Shown here piece by piece: positions 53,124-64,000 of a stretch of DNA of 64,000 bases. Source of the DNA: Lama glama (Eukaryota); contig CM052816.1 in assembly GCA_028534125.1 (NCBI GenBank), positions 32,118,001 through 32,182,000 on the forward strand, read 5' to 3'. Each line of letters begins with the position of its first letter. Positions within the stretch are counted from its first letter, which is position 1. The position numbers and the translations under genes were made by a program. The notes below the pieces were generated by a model. The model had not been told where the DNA came from. It did not search any database and worked only from the letters and a program-made list of their open reading frames with translations.

Positions 53124-53977
53124 TGTACAGTGATTCAGAACTTTTATACATTGTACTCCACTTAAAGTTATTATAAAATATTGGCTGTATTCACCATGCT
53201 GTACAATATATTCTTGTAACTTATTTATTTTGTACTTAGAAGTTTGTATCTCTTAACCTACTATGCCTATCTTGGCCCTCCCCACCATCCCTCTCCCCAG
53301 TGATAACCCCTAGTTTGCTCTCCTTATCTGAGTCTGTTTCTGTTTTGTTATATACATTCACTTGTTTTATTTTTTAGATTCCACATATAAATGATAACAT
53401 AGTATTTGTTTTTGTCTTCTTTGTCCGACTTATTTCACTAAGCATAATACCCTCCAGGTTCATCCATATTTTTGCAAATGGCAAATTTTTTTGGCTGAGT
53501 AGTATTCCATTGTGTGTATGTGTGTGTGTGTGTATACATACATACATACATACATACATACATACATAAAAACATCTTCTTTATCACTTCATCTGTTGAT
53601 GGACACTCAGGTTACTTCCATATCTTGGCTCTTGTAAATAATGCTGCTAAGAACATTGGGGTGCATGTATCTTTTCAAATTTGGGTTCATTTTCTTCAGC
53701 TCATTCAGCTCATTCCACTCAGGAGCAGAATTGCTGGATCATATGGTAGTTCTTTTGTTTTTAGTTTGAGGAAACTTCATAATGTTTTCCATAAAGGCTG
53801 CACCAATTTACATTCCCACCAACAGTGTATCAGGGTTCCCTTTTCTCCACATCCTCACCAACACTTGTTATCAGTGGTCTTTTTGATGATGGCCATTCTG
53901 ACAGGTGTGAGGTGATATCTCATTATGGTTTTGATTTGCATTTTTCTGATGATTAGCGATGTCAAACATCTTTCATT
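53124..53977 (-). mobile_element. L1 (L1MA-like) ORF2 end + 3' UTR, with (TG)n(TACA)n at 53511-53567
   Basis: ttagattccacatataaatgataacatagtattt...tgcaccaatttacattcccaccaacagtg...gccattctgacaggtgtgaggtgatatctc. Confidence 0.92.
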
Positions 53978-55006
53978 TCTTTTCACAAGCCTAAATCAAA
54001 GTCCTGAGTTTTTAATCCTTCATTTATGTTTTACAAATAAGATAGTCTTATTTGTAAGTTGTTGAGTGCATATTTATATTTCATTTGTCCTTTTTCTATC
54101 CAAGTTACCAGGTTTAATGCTATTTATCTGCCCCCAATTTGTTATATAGCAATTTGTTTATAAAATGTTTTCCCAAATCACATACAAATACATCAGTATA
54201 CAGACTGTATTTCAGTGTCCTATCACTGAACATTTTCCCTGTGGTCTGAGTACTACCTATGCTTGTAGGCTCTTTCTTGGTCAATAAGAACCGAGACATA
54301 CACCAGAAAAACCCTTACCTGAGTCTGTTGCTTTGCCTTGCTAGAATGTTCTGCATGGTTTCTCTCTGCCAATTATTTGGGGTCTGGTCAAGATTTTTAC
54401 TCTTATTGGCTAACAAAATGTTTGAAAGTGATTGACTTGGACTTCCCCAAAGAAAGCAAAAAAAAATGGATGCTGTATTTAGACAAGGCAGTTAATGTTA
54501 CTTTCAAAGAAATAAATGTGGAAACACAGGATGAAGCTACGCAGACAATTCAGGGACTGATGTAAATACAGTGACACTAGAATGGCATCACAAACATCTC
54601 TGTAGTTTGGGACAGTTGACCTGGGATAATTGTTTAAAAAAATACCTCAAAGAAAACCAGCCCAGCAGCAATTATGACTTCAAGTCATCTGAAGAGAATG
54701 GAAAAGGTGTTGTCAGTATAAAATGCCAGGAATTCACAGTGTTGACAGCTATGCTGCAAGAACCTTCTACGGCACTGCTAGCAGTTCTCTTTCCCAAAAC
54801 ACATCCTTCTTGCCAAACAGGGTGTGCATACATCATACAACAACATCGTCATGTAAAACTCATCCCTATAAGAACTATTTCCATTTAATTTAAACTAATC
54901 GTAAGATAGTTACTCAGCTAACGGTTCACTACATTTAAGTTCATTTTCCACTTAAACTGTATTTTCAAGATTATCATATATCTATAAAATAATAGTTAGT
55001 AAATCA

Positions 55007-55228
55007 CCCTGAGAGCTTGTTTGGAGGTTCTAGCAGGGGAGCGCAGCTACTTGAATACCCTTGACCGAGAAGAACGGTCGTCCTCTTCGGCCTAGAGCGC
55101 AGCTTTGGGAGGGACGCATATGGAGCGATGAGGGAGGAGGGGACACCTGCCTAGCTAGCCAGATCAGCCGAATCAACCCTGGCGATCAATGGGGTGACAG
55201 ATGTAACAGCCAGATTGCCCTCATATGC
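55007..55228 (-). pseudogene. RN7SKP: 7SK snRNA pseudogene (about nt 1-241, 3'-truncated, ~20-nt internal deletion)
   Basis: Reverse complement reads gcatatgagggcaatctggctgttacatctgtcaccccattgatcgccagggttgattcggctgatctggc...gctgcgctcccctgctagaacctccaaacaagctctc, matching 7SK as recalled. Confidence 0.95.
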
Positions 55229-55418
55229 AACATCATCTTTATGAGAACCAAGTACCTATAATATTTAAGGCACTGGAGAGACACAAAGGTAGGCTATGTT
55301 GTCTCAGCTCTCAGGGAGTTTACAATACAGTTTGAGGAAAAGAAAGGTATCAGTGAGCATTTACTGAGAACAAATGCTACATGAGTGCCAAGGATAGAAA
55401 GAATGCCCAGGTAACTAG

Positions 55419-56643
55419 GGAAGCATTACTGCCTTCATTCAGGAAAGATTGTATAACAGCTTCTGACTTGAATATGCAGGGCAAATGGAACTTGGACCGG
55501 ATGCTAATAAGGACTAGACTTCCAGAAAGGGAGAGACTGGTGGAGGCCCTAATATAGAGGTATAGAAGGAGGAACACAAATCAGACTTAGGAAGTAGAGT
55601 GAAGAGCCTGAATTCAGTGCAGGGCTCATACAGAGTAGTAGTGAGGATGATTGCATTAGTCAGGAATTGCTTGGTTGCATATGCTAGAAACTCAACTTGA
55701 ACTAGCTGAATTGAAAAGGGGAAATCAGGATAGCAGTGTCTTACACAATTCAAGAACAGAAATTTGGCACTTAACCTGGGAACAACTGGAACCAAGGACT
55801 CCTGTCTAATCTTCCTGCTCCTCTGGCTTGTGTTTCATCTTCTCTTCCACTCTGCAGACCAAACCACATGGTAAGAAACACGGATGCCAACACTGTCGCA
55901 GTACACATCTTACAGCTTCAGGAACTGAGAGTGAGAGCAGGAGACTGGGCTTTGTTCCCATTTCTAAAATCCCTGAGAAAGACACTGACTGGCTGGGGTG
56001 TAGGATCATTATATCTGGAAGCAGGGATGCAGGGTAGTTTAGGAAGGAATGTAGTTCAAAGAAGTGTTTGAGAAAGAAAATGGTTATACTAAAAATATAT
56101 ACATGTTACATATAGAAACAGTATTCATAAACATAGAAACTCACACTGAAAACTAAAATCCCCACATTTTGAGTTTCTTAACTCGGAATTAAATATGCTT
56201 AAAACCTCACATCAAAATGCTAACTGAAATAGACTTGATTCATTCCTGTTATTCTTCCCCTAAAATTGTTAATTTCACTTGCAATTATTAGAATGAAATG
56301 CATTTATCTTAAGGACTCACTGCTGCTTTATATTCTATACCAGGGTTTAACCAAATCCACATTTCATCTTCTTGCTTTTCTGTCTTTGTTTAAGTTAGGT
56401 GGCATATAGAACGCTTTTACAAATTAAGCTGCTCTTTCTTCTAGCTAGAGTGAAAGCTTTTTACAATGTTAACTGAGGGGAAGTGAACTAACCCCAAAGT
56501 ATAGATTAACTATATTGTATCAGGATTTTATGGTGCATATGATGTTTTGACGCCTAAAGTTTTTACTAATTTCATATAATAAACCATATTATAAGGAATC
56601 ATTACTGCCTTCATTCAGAAGGTTGTACAGCAGCTTCTGACTT
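55419..56643 (+). repeat. Dispersed imperfect ~50-bp direct repeat (55419-55469 and 56595-56643)
   Basis: ggaagcattactgccttcattcaggaaagattgtataacagcttctgactt vs ggaatcattactgccttcattcagaaggttgtacagcagcttctgactt. Confidence 0.9.
55652..56010 (-). mobile_element. Old MLT1 MaLR LTR
   Basis: tgcattagtcaggaattgcttggttgcatatgctagaaactcaacttgaactagct...aaaatccctgagaaagacactgactggc. Confidence 0.7.
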
Positions 56644-56859
56644 ATATAGGCGCTCTGAATAGTTCAATGCTACAGTGAAAAGTGTAGTTAGAAGCATGAT
56701 AGAAAAACTGGTATTTGTTTTATGGCATCCTTGACACTTAAAGAAATGTAGAGCCTACATTCAGTGTTCTCTTTGGAATAACTTTGACATTTGTTTCCTG
56801 CCGCATTACTCTTTGTTGCACCCCAATGCCTTCAACCCAAGTCTGTCCTACTATGTACC

Positions 56860-57384
56860 TGGAGAGAAGCAAAGTGCGTCTCTTTGGCATGAGGATTAAT
56901 TTACGTTGGTTATTTTTAAGAAACTGCAGGCTCAGGAAGTGCTTCCTTTTACCTTCCCTCTAACTTCTAAGAGAATGTAGATAGAGGACCTGTTCCAGGA
57001 AGGGAGCTATCACTATAGATAACTACAGTGTGAACTAGGGGTGGTAGACAGGGAGGAACTTAGCAAAGTCTGTGTTAAAAGTCCTCTCTGAATTTCATGT
57101 CTCTGCATTGCCCAGTAAACATTTGTTTCCCAAATATCTGCTTTTCATCTCCATGTGAATTACCGTCCTCCCCTTTGAAGTCTCAGATCACTGGCCCCAA
57201 TATCCTCTTTAATCTTTAGCTGAAGATTATATTTAAGTTGAGGGTCTCAGCTATTTTGGTGAGTTACTTCATTTTCCTGGTTCTGTCCCATGTACACATG
57301 TTATAAACTTCTGTTTAATTTTCTCCTGTTAATCTGTTTCATGTCAATTTAACTTTGGGGAAAAAAATTTCTTCCTCCTCAACA
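56860..57384 (+). mobile_element. ERV1-class solo LTR (MER34/MER39-like) inserted into an L2 3' end
   Basis: TG...CA termini; 4-bp TSD TACC (56856-56859 / 57385-57388); ctctttggcatgaggatt and ttttctcctgttaatctgt motifs. Confidence 0.85.
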
Positions 57385-58239
57385 TACCCCAAGGCCAGGG
57401 CTCAGCCTCCCCTGGTGCAGGAATCTCATCCTATCCTAGTACCTAAAACAGTGCTGGGAACACTGGCATTCAGTAAATATTTAATCAATTAATGAATTAC
57501 ATAAAGTGTTTGCATTCATAGACACAGATTAATAAACACAAAATAAACAAACCCCCAAATTAAAAAGAGCAGGGTTAAAATGAAGAGGTGAGTGAGACAG
57601 GGACAACACAGCCTATAACTGCTTCCTTTCTTTAAAAATATCTCTTCATATGCATAAACAGTAACTTATTCTTCACATACCAAAGCTGAGTAACTCCAAC
57701 TCCTTCCATTCCAATTCTGTCACTGCTTGGGAATAAAGTTCAGTCTCTAAAGGACAAAGAAGTTTCAAGCTGAGTGTTGGCCAGATGGCCTAGGACACAG
57801 CTCTGAAGTCTATTCCGATTGTCCAATGTTTCTTTTGATAAATAGCGTGATTGCACTGACTGGAAAAGTAATTCATTCTATCTAGATACTGGCAACAGAG
57901 TCATTCTGGACCATAAAACTGGAAAAGGAAATGATAAAGAGTGTCAGCAAATTTAATCAGTAGGATGAGATCAGTTTTTATTGGGTTCCTTGGATAACCA
58001 GACAGTACGTAGCATACTCTGTGAATGAAGTCTATCCAAGCCCAAATATACAGTTTCACACAGCATACCACACGTCTTTCTGCTACACCCAAGGCATTTT
58101 CCTAATTAGCAGAAATGAAGAGCATATGGTGGGAAGAAGAGAGACAGCAAGCACCAGTCTGAGGTACCTATGGGGCAATCCAGGGGGAGCTATGCAGTAG
58201 CATATATAAAAGGCTCAAGATCAGTGAGGCTTTAAATCA

Positions 58240-58440
58240 TAGCTAAAATGTATTAAACACTTGCTGGGCACTGACGCTAAGAGCCTCACCTATGGAACCT
58301 TACTTAAGCCTTACAACAATATTCTGAGTAAACTCTACATTAATCCCCATTTTACAGATTCAGAAATAGAGGCATAGAGGAATGAAATAATTTGTTCACA
58401 GCTAATAAATGGTCCAATTAGTATCTGAGCCAATGTCTTT
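58240..58440 (-). mobile_element. MIR SINE
   Basis: atagctaaaatgtattaaacactt...atccccattttacagattcagaaatagaggcatagag. Confidence 0.8.
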
Positions 58441-58443
58441 CTC

Positions 58444-59043
58444 TTTTTTTAACTTCTAAATTGTACTGTACTGAAGTATAGTCAGTTCACAATGTTGTGT
58501 CAATTTCTAGTGTACAGCATAATGTTTCAGTCATACAGGTACATACATATATTCATCTTCATATTCTTTTTCATTATAGGTTACTATAAGATACTGAATA
58601 TAATTTCCTGTGCTATACAGTATAAATGTGTTGTTTACTTATTTTATATACAGTAGTTACTATCTGCAAATCTCAAACTCCCAATTTATCCCTTTCTACA
58701 CCCTTTTCCCCCTGGTAACCATAAGTTTGTTCTCTATGTCTGTGAGTCTATTTTTGTTTTGTAAATAAGTTCATTTGTGTCTTTTTTTTTTTTTAAGATT
58801 CCACATGTAAGTGATATCATATGGTATGTTTCTTCCTCTTTCTGGTTTACTACACTTGGAATGATGATCTCCAGGTCCATCCATGTTGATGCAGGTGGCA
58901 TTATTTTATTCTTTTTTATGGTTGAGTAATATCCCACTGTGTATAAAAATACCACAACTCCTTTATCCAGTTATCTGTCAACGGACATTTAGGTTATTTC
59001 CATGTCTTGGCTATTGTAAATAGTGCTGCTATGAACATTGGGC
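58444..59043 (-). mobile_element. Younger 5'-truncated L1 (ORF2 C-terminus + 3' UTR)
   Basis: Closely similar to the copies at 39054 and 50230-50608; ORF ...MPPASTWMDLEIII...YHMISLTCGI. Confidence 0.95.
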
Positions 59044-59626
59044 TGTTGAGTAAGCAAGGAGAAGGCTCTGCCACAGACCTGCTAACCCAGAGGACCCTCT
59101 TCAGCCTTTGCCAGACTGGCTTTTTCTTATACATGACACTATGGCCTAATTTCCTACTTCCTTTAACTTTTTCTTTCTAGGCCCAGGATCATCCCTGTCT
59201 TGCCTCTTACCTTTTTAGTCTCCCCTTCTCAGTCTTCTCCCCAAATAGCTCTCCATCATAGGCAAAATAAGTATAGTGGACTCATTCCAGATCACCCAAG
59301 TGCATCTAGGAAGTAGGCCAAAAAACCCCAAAAATGTGTGGAGGGGGCCATGAGCAACAGGGAGTACTGGGGACTGTGGTAAACCAGAGAATGTGTGCCT
59401 GTTCAAAAACACTCCAATTCACATTTTAAAAGCAGTAGGCTAAGAAAAGCTCATTTGTAAGCCAACTTTATCCTGTGGACCTTCACTTTACAACATCTGA
59501 ATGATCTCCATCACTTCAGGTCTAACATTTCTGTGTGAATTTCTCGAAGTAAGTTAAATGCTCGTGGAAGCCCACTGACACTCTGGGGCTATAGGTGATA
59601 TGTGCCTGTGTTAGTCTGCTCAGGCT

Positions 59627-59882
59627 TAAATAACAAAATACCACAGACTGGTGGCTTTAACAATGGAAATTTACTTTCTTGCAGTTCTGGAGTCTTGAAG
59701 TCCAAAATCAAGGTGTCAGTAGGATCAGTTTCTAGTGAAACTTCTCTTCCTGCTATGTGGTTGCTGTTTTCTCAATGTGTCTTCACATTGTCTGTGCATG
59801 TGGTCCTATCTCCAAATATACTCATACTAGGGGTTAGGGCTTTAACACATAAATTTTAGGGAGACATAATGCAGTCTATAAG
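59627..59882 (-). mobile_element. MLT1A-like LTR with internal deletion
   Basis: tgtgttagtctgctcaggct...aataccacagactggtggcttt...gggttagggctttaacacataaattttagggagaca. Confidence 0.85.
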
Positions 59883-60436
59883 AGTGTCAGTCACTGCTCA
59901 CGGAACTGAAACTTGCCAAGTAATACTGGCAGGGACACTGGATAGAGGAGAGTGGTGAGGACATTCTGACTCATTTAGAGCTGTGAATACAAAGGCAATC
60001 AGATCATCAGATGATGGTGATATAACACCTTAATGCCTATGAACTAAAGGTTTTCTTCAACCAACACAACCTTATAAGCAGGTAAAAGAGATGCTGCCCC
60101 AAGAAGTGACTGGATGGTCACAGGGCTGAAAAACATCCCTAGAAGTTCTTTCTGAAATTTTAGAGTTAGAAATTCGCTCCCTAGGTTGTTTATATCTTGT
60201 GCATAATGCGAATACCTAAGAACAAACTCTTATATTTGCATCAGCTAATACCTTACCATAGTCAATGGCAATAATGAGGAATAAAGGAAAAATAAGGAGG
60301 TGATAGGGGAAAAGTATATAAAAACCCACAGGGAGTACTGAAGAACAGGATTTGGATTCAGGTACCAAGACACACACATGTCCAAGGAAAGGGCAAACCA
60401 ATCCCAAAAGACTCATTTTGATACTGCAGCAGGACC

Positions 60437-60666
60437 GTTAGTGGCCATACACACTACCATATGTAAAACAGGTAAACAGCAAGGAATACTATGCTACTGT
60501 ATATGTACAGCACAGGGAACTATATTCAGTATCTTGTAATAACCTCATGGAAAGAAATCAAAAAAGAACATAGATATACACATATATATGTATGTATAAC
60601 TGAATCACATGGCTGTACACCTGAAACTAACACAATATTGTAAATCAACTATACTTTGATAAAAAT
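60437..60666 (+). mobile_element. Short L1 3'-UTR end (cetartiodactyl-type)
   Basis: cagcacagggaactatattcagtatcttgtaataacc...ctgtacacctgaaactaacacaatattgtaaatcaactatact. Confidence 0.85.
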
Positions 60667-61239
60667 TTTTTTAATCAAGGGAATATATAAACAAAGCGAT
60701 AGCTAAATATCAAAATAAAATTCCAATAAATGTGTTCTTCAAAGTAAGAAAAAAAAACAGAAAACAAAAAACCTGTAGGGCAGTTCATTTTAAACACACA
60801 CACATACATGAGAGATTCTGATATGCCACCTCCCTTGAGAATCACTTCATAAATTACAAAGAAACAAAATGGGAAATTTTTATTTTATAATGAAGACTAT
60901 ATATTGAAAATGGGATATTTCAAATACAAACTCAGACTCTTGTCCTTCATTTAAAAACTCAGAATACCTGGAAATATTGAGTCTACATTTCCTCATGGTA
61001 ATAATCAGTCAGAGCTGAGTAATGGCTACTCCTGTTAGATGGAGCATGTGTTCTATTTGTCACTGTCCTTACCACTACCTTTTGCTGTCCTACAACTAAA
61101 AGGAATGTCAGTTGCCATTTATCACTCTGTTTTTGCAGGAGCTTTTCTGTAATAGTGAAATATTTCTTATAATTTTATCTTTAAGAGTGGAAAATAAAAT
61201 ACTGACTCAGTAGGGCATTTCCAAAAATATGAAAGTATA

Positions 61240-61580
61240 TGGTAGAGATTTCTGGTGTTCACCAAATCTGTGTTCCCCTCTTTCTCCTGGGCCCTACATT
61301 TCCCAGCCCTTTTGGATATAAACCAATGAAACGTGAGCAAGTGACACAAACACATAGGTTTAATATGGATGCAGCTTCTTTATACTTTCTCCTCTAGCCA
61401 AATTTAAAAGATTCCATGGAGGACTAGGCCACAGTGGAGCCACAAAGTGGAAGTGGACTGGATCCCTGAATGACAGCGTGGAACAGAGCCTCCTAGCCTG
61501 CTCTGCTATGTAACATGACTGAGAAATGTTTTCTGTTAAGCCACTAAGATTTGAAGATTATTTGTTATAGCAGTTAGCTG
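61240..61580 (+). mobile_element. MLT1 (H/I/J-like) LTR, apparently within a hAT-Charlie fragment (~60900-61720)
   Basis: ctacatttcccagccct...ggatccctgaatgacagcgtggaacagagcc...tgttaagccactaagatttgaagattatttgttatagcag. Confidence 0.75.
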
Positions 61581-61769
61581 TCTTTATTTTTTGGGGGGGG
61601 GTAATGGGGGACTGAAAGTTTTGACTAAAACAGGTCATACTTTTTTTGTGGAAGTGAAAAATATCTTATGAGTCTAATAAACAACAAAGTCATTCCTCTA
61701 CTGCTTCATTAATTTACATTACCTTTCAGGTGTCTAAAGGCATCTCAACCCTGGAATAAGATGGGGTGT

Positions 61770-62005
61770 GTAGCTAAAGGTGTGTCAATTTTGTTTATTT
61801 TCAAAGAATCAACTCTTAGTTTTGTTAAGCTTTTCTATTGTTTTCTGTTCTCTATTTCATTTATTTCTGTTCTAAAATTATTATTTCCTTCCATCTGCTA
61901 ACTTTGGACCTAGTCTTTCTTCTTTTCCTAGTTCCTTGAAAACTAGAAAGTTAGATTCTAGTGAGGTTGTTTATTCAAAATCTTTCAATTTTCTTGATGT
62001 ATGAA
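61770..62005 (-). mobile_element. L1 ORF2 internal fragment
   Basis: tagctaaaggtgtgtcaattttgtttattttcaaagaatcaactcttagttttg. Confidence 0.75.
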
Positions 62006-62715
62006 GACAGTGTGGATAACAAACGTGGGTTATAACAATGATAATTCAAATAAGACTGGTAGTGGGAGCCAAGATTTGTAGAAATGGGATGCAAGATCTG
62101 TGTCTGGAGAGGGTAGGTAGAGACATAAGCAGAGAAAGTCTATTTTACAATTTTTCTCTGGCTGATTCCTTATACTCTCCTCCTTCACTCAGTGACCTCT
62201 CTCTCCTACATAAACTCTCTTTTATATTGAATCTATTCATATTGTTTGCACGTTTTACTTGTTGATCTTAAGATTCTTTGGATACTGGAGTTGTTTATAT
62301 ATTTTCTGTCAGCATGAAATGATGATTTTAAGATTCATGGCACAGCCACTACGGATGACAATGCCATCCTAGCCTCCCTAGCCTCCCTAGCTAAAGAGAT
62401 TCTCTCTGGGAGAAAATGGTTGAGGTCTAGAGCAGGAATTTCAATTTATTTGAATTAGTTTTTTTGGAAAAAAAAAAAAGGAACACAGACTCATTTAGGC
62501 TAAGTCAGGGAAAGTGGGTTAATTATAAAAAGAAACAAAAACAGAGACCTCATGGTGATTCAAGAACAGAAAAGCAAATACCACAAAGACAGGAGTTGCA
62601 TTGGGGGAAGCCCTAGGGACTTATGCAGCAAAATGCACACATCTTCCCTTTAATGGTGATACAATTAAAGTGACTCAGTTACTCTCTATGTCTTTGCTTC
62701 TTTTGGCACAGATTC

Positions 62716-62869
62716 GTTTTTTTCAGCTTTGTGAAAATATAATTCACCTATAACACTGTGGAAATTTAAGGTGTACAATGTGTTGATTTGATACACATAT
62801 ATTGCAAAATGAAGACCACCATGGCATTATCTAACTCTTCCATCACATCACATAATTACCATTCCTATG
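62716..62869 (-). mobile_element. Short L1MA-like 3' end
   Basis: tttaaggtgtacaatgtgttgatttgatacacatatattgcaaaatga; TSD ttgg(c/t)acagattc at 62703-62715 and 62870-62882. Confidence 0.8.
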
Positions 62870-63864
62870 TTGGTACAGATTCTTAATTCTCCTGCATTAC
62901 CAGCTGACTTCCTCAACATCTACTTTATAACTTTTTCTACCTCGAAACTTTTACTTACTTACTAATTGTTTCTTCTTTAACATCTATTTGTTCACAACTC
63001 CTTTTCTGTCTTATGACATTTATCTGTGTGATACTACTCAACTGTACCATCAGGTCCTACTGTTACTTGCCTATGTCTAGTTCAGTTAGCCATGGCCAGG
63101 AATTATGATAGTGGCAATGGCTACCTGGGGCCAACGGGCTGTGGTCCTAGCAAGCACTGGAATAATATTACCAAGCTATTAATTTCCAATGGATAAGCTT
63201 CACAGATCTGTGACATGTAGTTTTATCAGTGTTTATGTTGAAGCTCGTGTGAATGAGCAAGGCAGGATGTATGCATTCTTCCATAAATAATCATAAACAT
63301 TGGCCACAGCTAAATGTGTGAGAATACATCACTGTCCCCAGCAGGGCTCAGGATTTGAAATGAATTTCACAATATATCATCCTCTTTCTACCTTCACCTA
63401 CCAACCCTACCTGCTACAGAAACATCCAGCAGTTTTTAAAATACACATAATTGTTAATACTTTTTGATTATGCAATGTATGCAAATAGAAAAATTCAAAT
63501 ATTATGCAGAGATACCCAAAACATTGTCTCCCTGACCTACCCCAGCATCCTATTCCTTCTCTATAAAGGTAACCATTGTGCTTTCATGATTTTTATACAA
63601 AGGATTCAAATTTAAATGAGCAATGAGAGCCTTGAAAGGAAAATAGAAGAGCAATTCTACCCAATGTACTTGGACAACTGTGCGGAATTTACAGACCTGA
63701 AGAATGGGATCCTTTTCTACTTCCATGGGCTCTAGTACGTTTCACTGCTAGAAACCTCAAAAAGGAAATTTCACAGCACAGAGCTAAATACCTCTACCAC
63801 ATTCCAGCAAAGTCTCTTTGAACATCAGGTAGCATCTATTAGGTGTCCCCCAAATATGAGCGAA

Positions 63865-63900
63865 TTGGTGAGTTAAAGCTAGTTGGTGAGTTAAAGCAAG
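63865..63900 (+). repeat. 18-bp tandem duplication
   Basis: ttggtgagttaaagctag ttggtgagttaaagcaag. Confidence 0.9.
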
Positions 63901-64000
63901 CTGGTGTCTCTTCCAAAGAAAGGAAAGATCTCATGGCAGAAACTGTCACATTATTTTAATCTGCTGTAGGAAGAAAAATCTGTTCACTCAGTAGGAGACC

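Noticed and set aside
55061..55261. CpG-rich patch with a 66-aa ORF, superficially promoter- or exon-like
   Set aside because: It is the antisense strand of the 7SK pseudogene.
1..64000. CRISPR arrays, operons, tRNA/rRNA genes, intact retroviral or transposase ORFs, or a novel multi-gene system
   Set aside because: None seen; the window is ordinary repeat-rich mammalian non-coding DNA.

Overview
AT-rich, CpG-depleted mammalian genomic DNA, mostly intergenic or intronic and dominated by interspersed repeats. These include MIR, L2 and CR1/L3 relics, MaLR (MLT1), ERVL and ERV1 solo LTRs, hAT and Tigger DNA-transposon fossils, old L1M fragments and several younger 5'-truncated L1 3' ends. The L1 3' UTRs look cetartiodactyl and I see no ruminant, pig or whale SINEs, which suggests a camelid (inference). 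The only gene-like signal is a candidate + strand exon at 1462: either a 30-nt cassette exon or a terminal exon with AATAAA at 1647. I cannot name the gene. A 3'-truncated, internally deleted 7SK pseudogene lies at 55007-55228 (-). No ORF in the supplied track looks like a real host protein; the recognisable ones are L1 ORF2p C-termini and a hAT transposase remnant. I find no evidence of a novel biological system. The best oddities are a chimeric L1 insertion inside one target-site duplication (TSD), the 7SK retrocopy, RFX X-box motifs and a ~50-bp dispersed duplication. Repeat family names are from memory of consensus sequences, and boundaries without a stated TSD are approximate.
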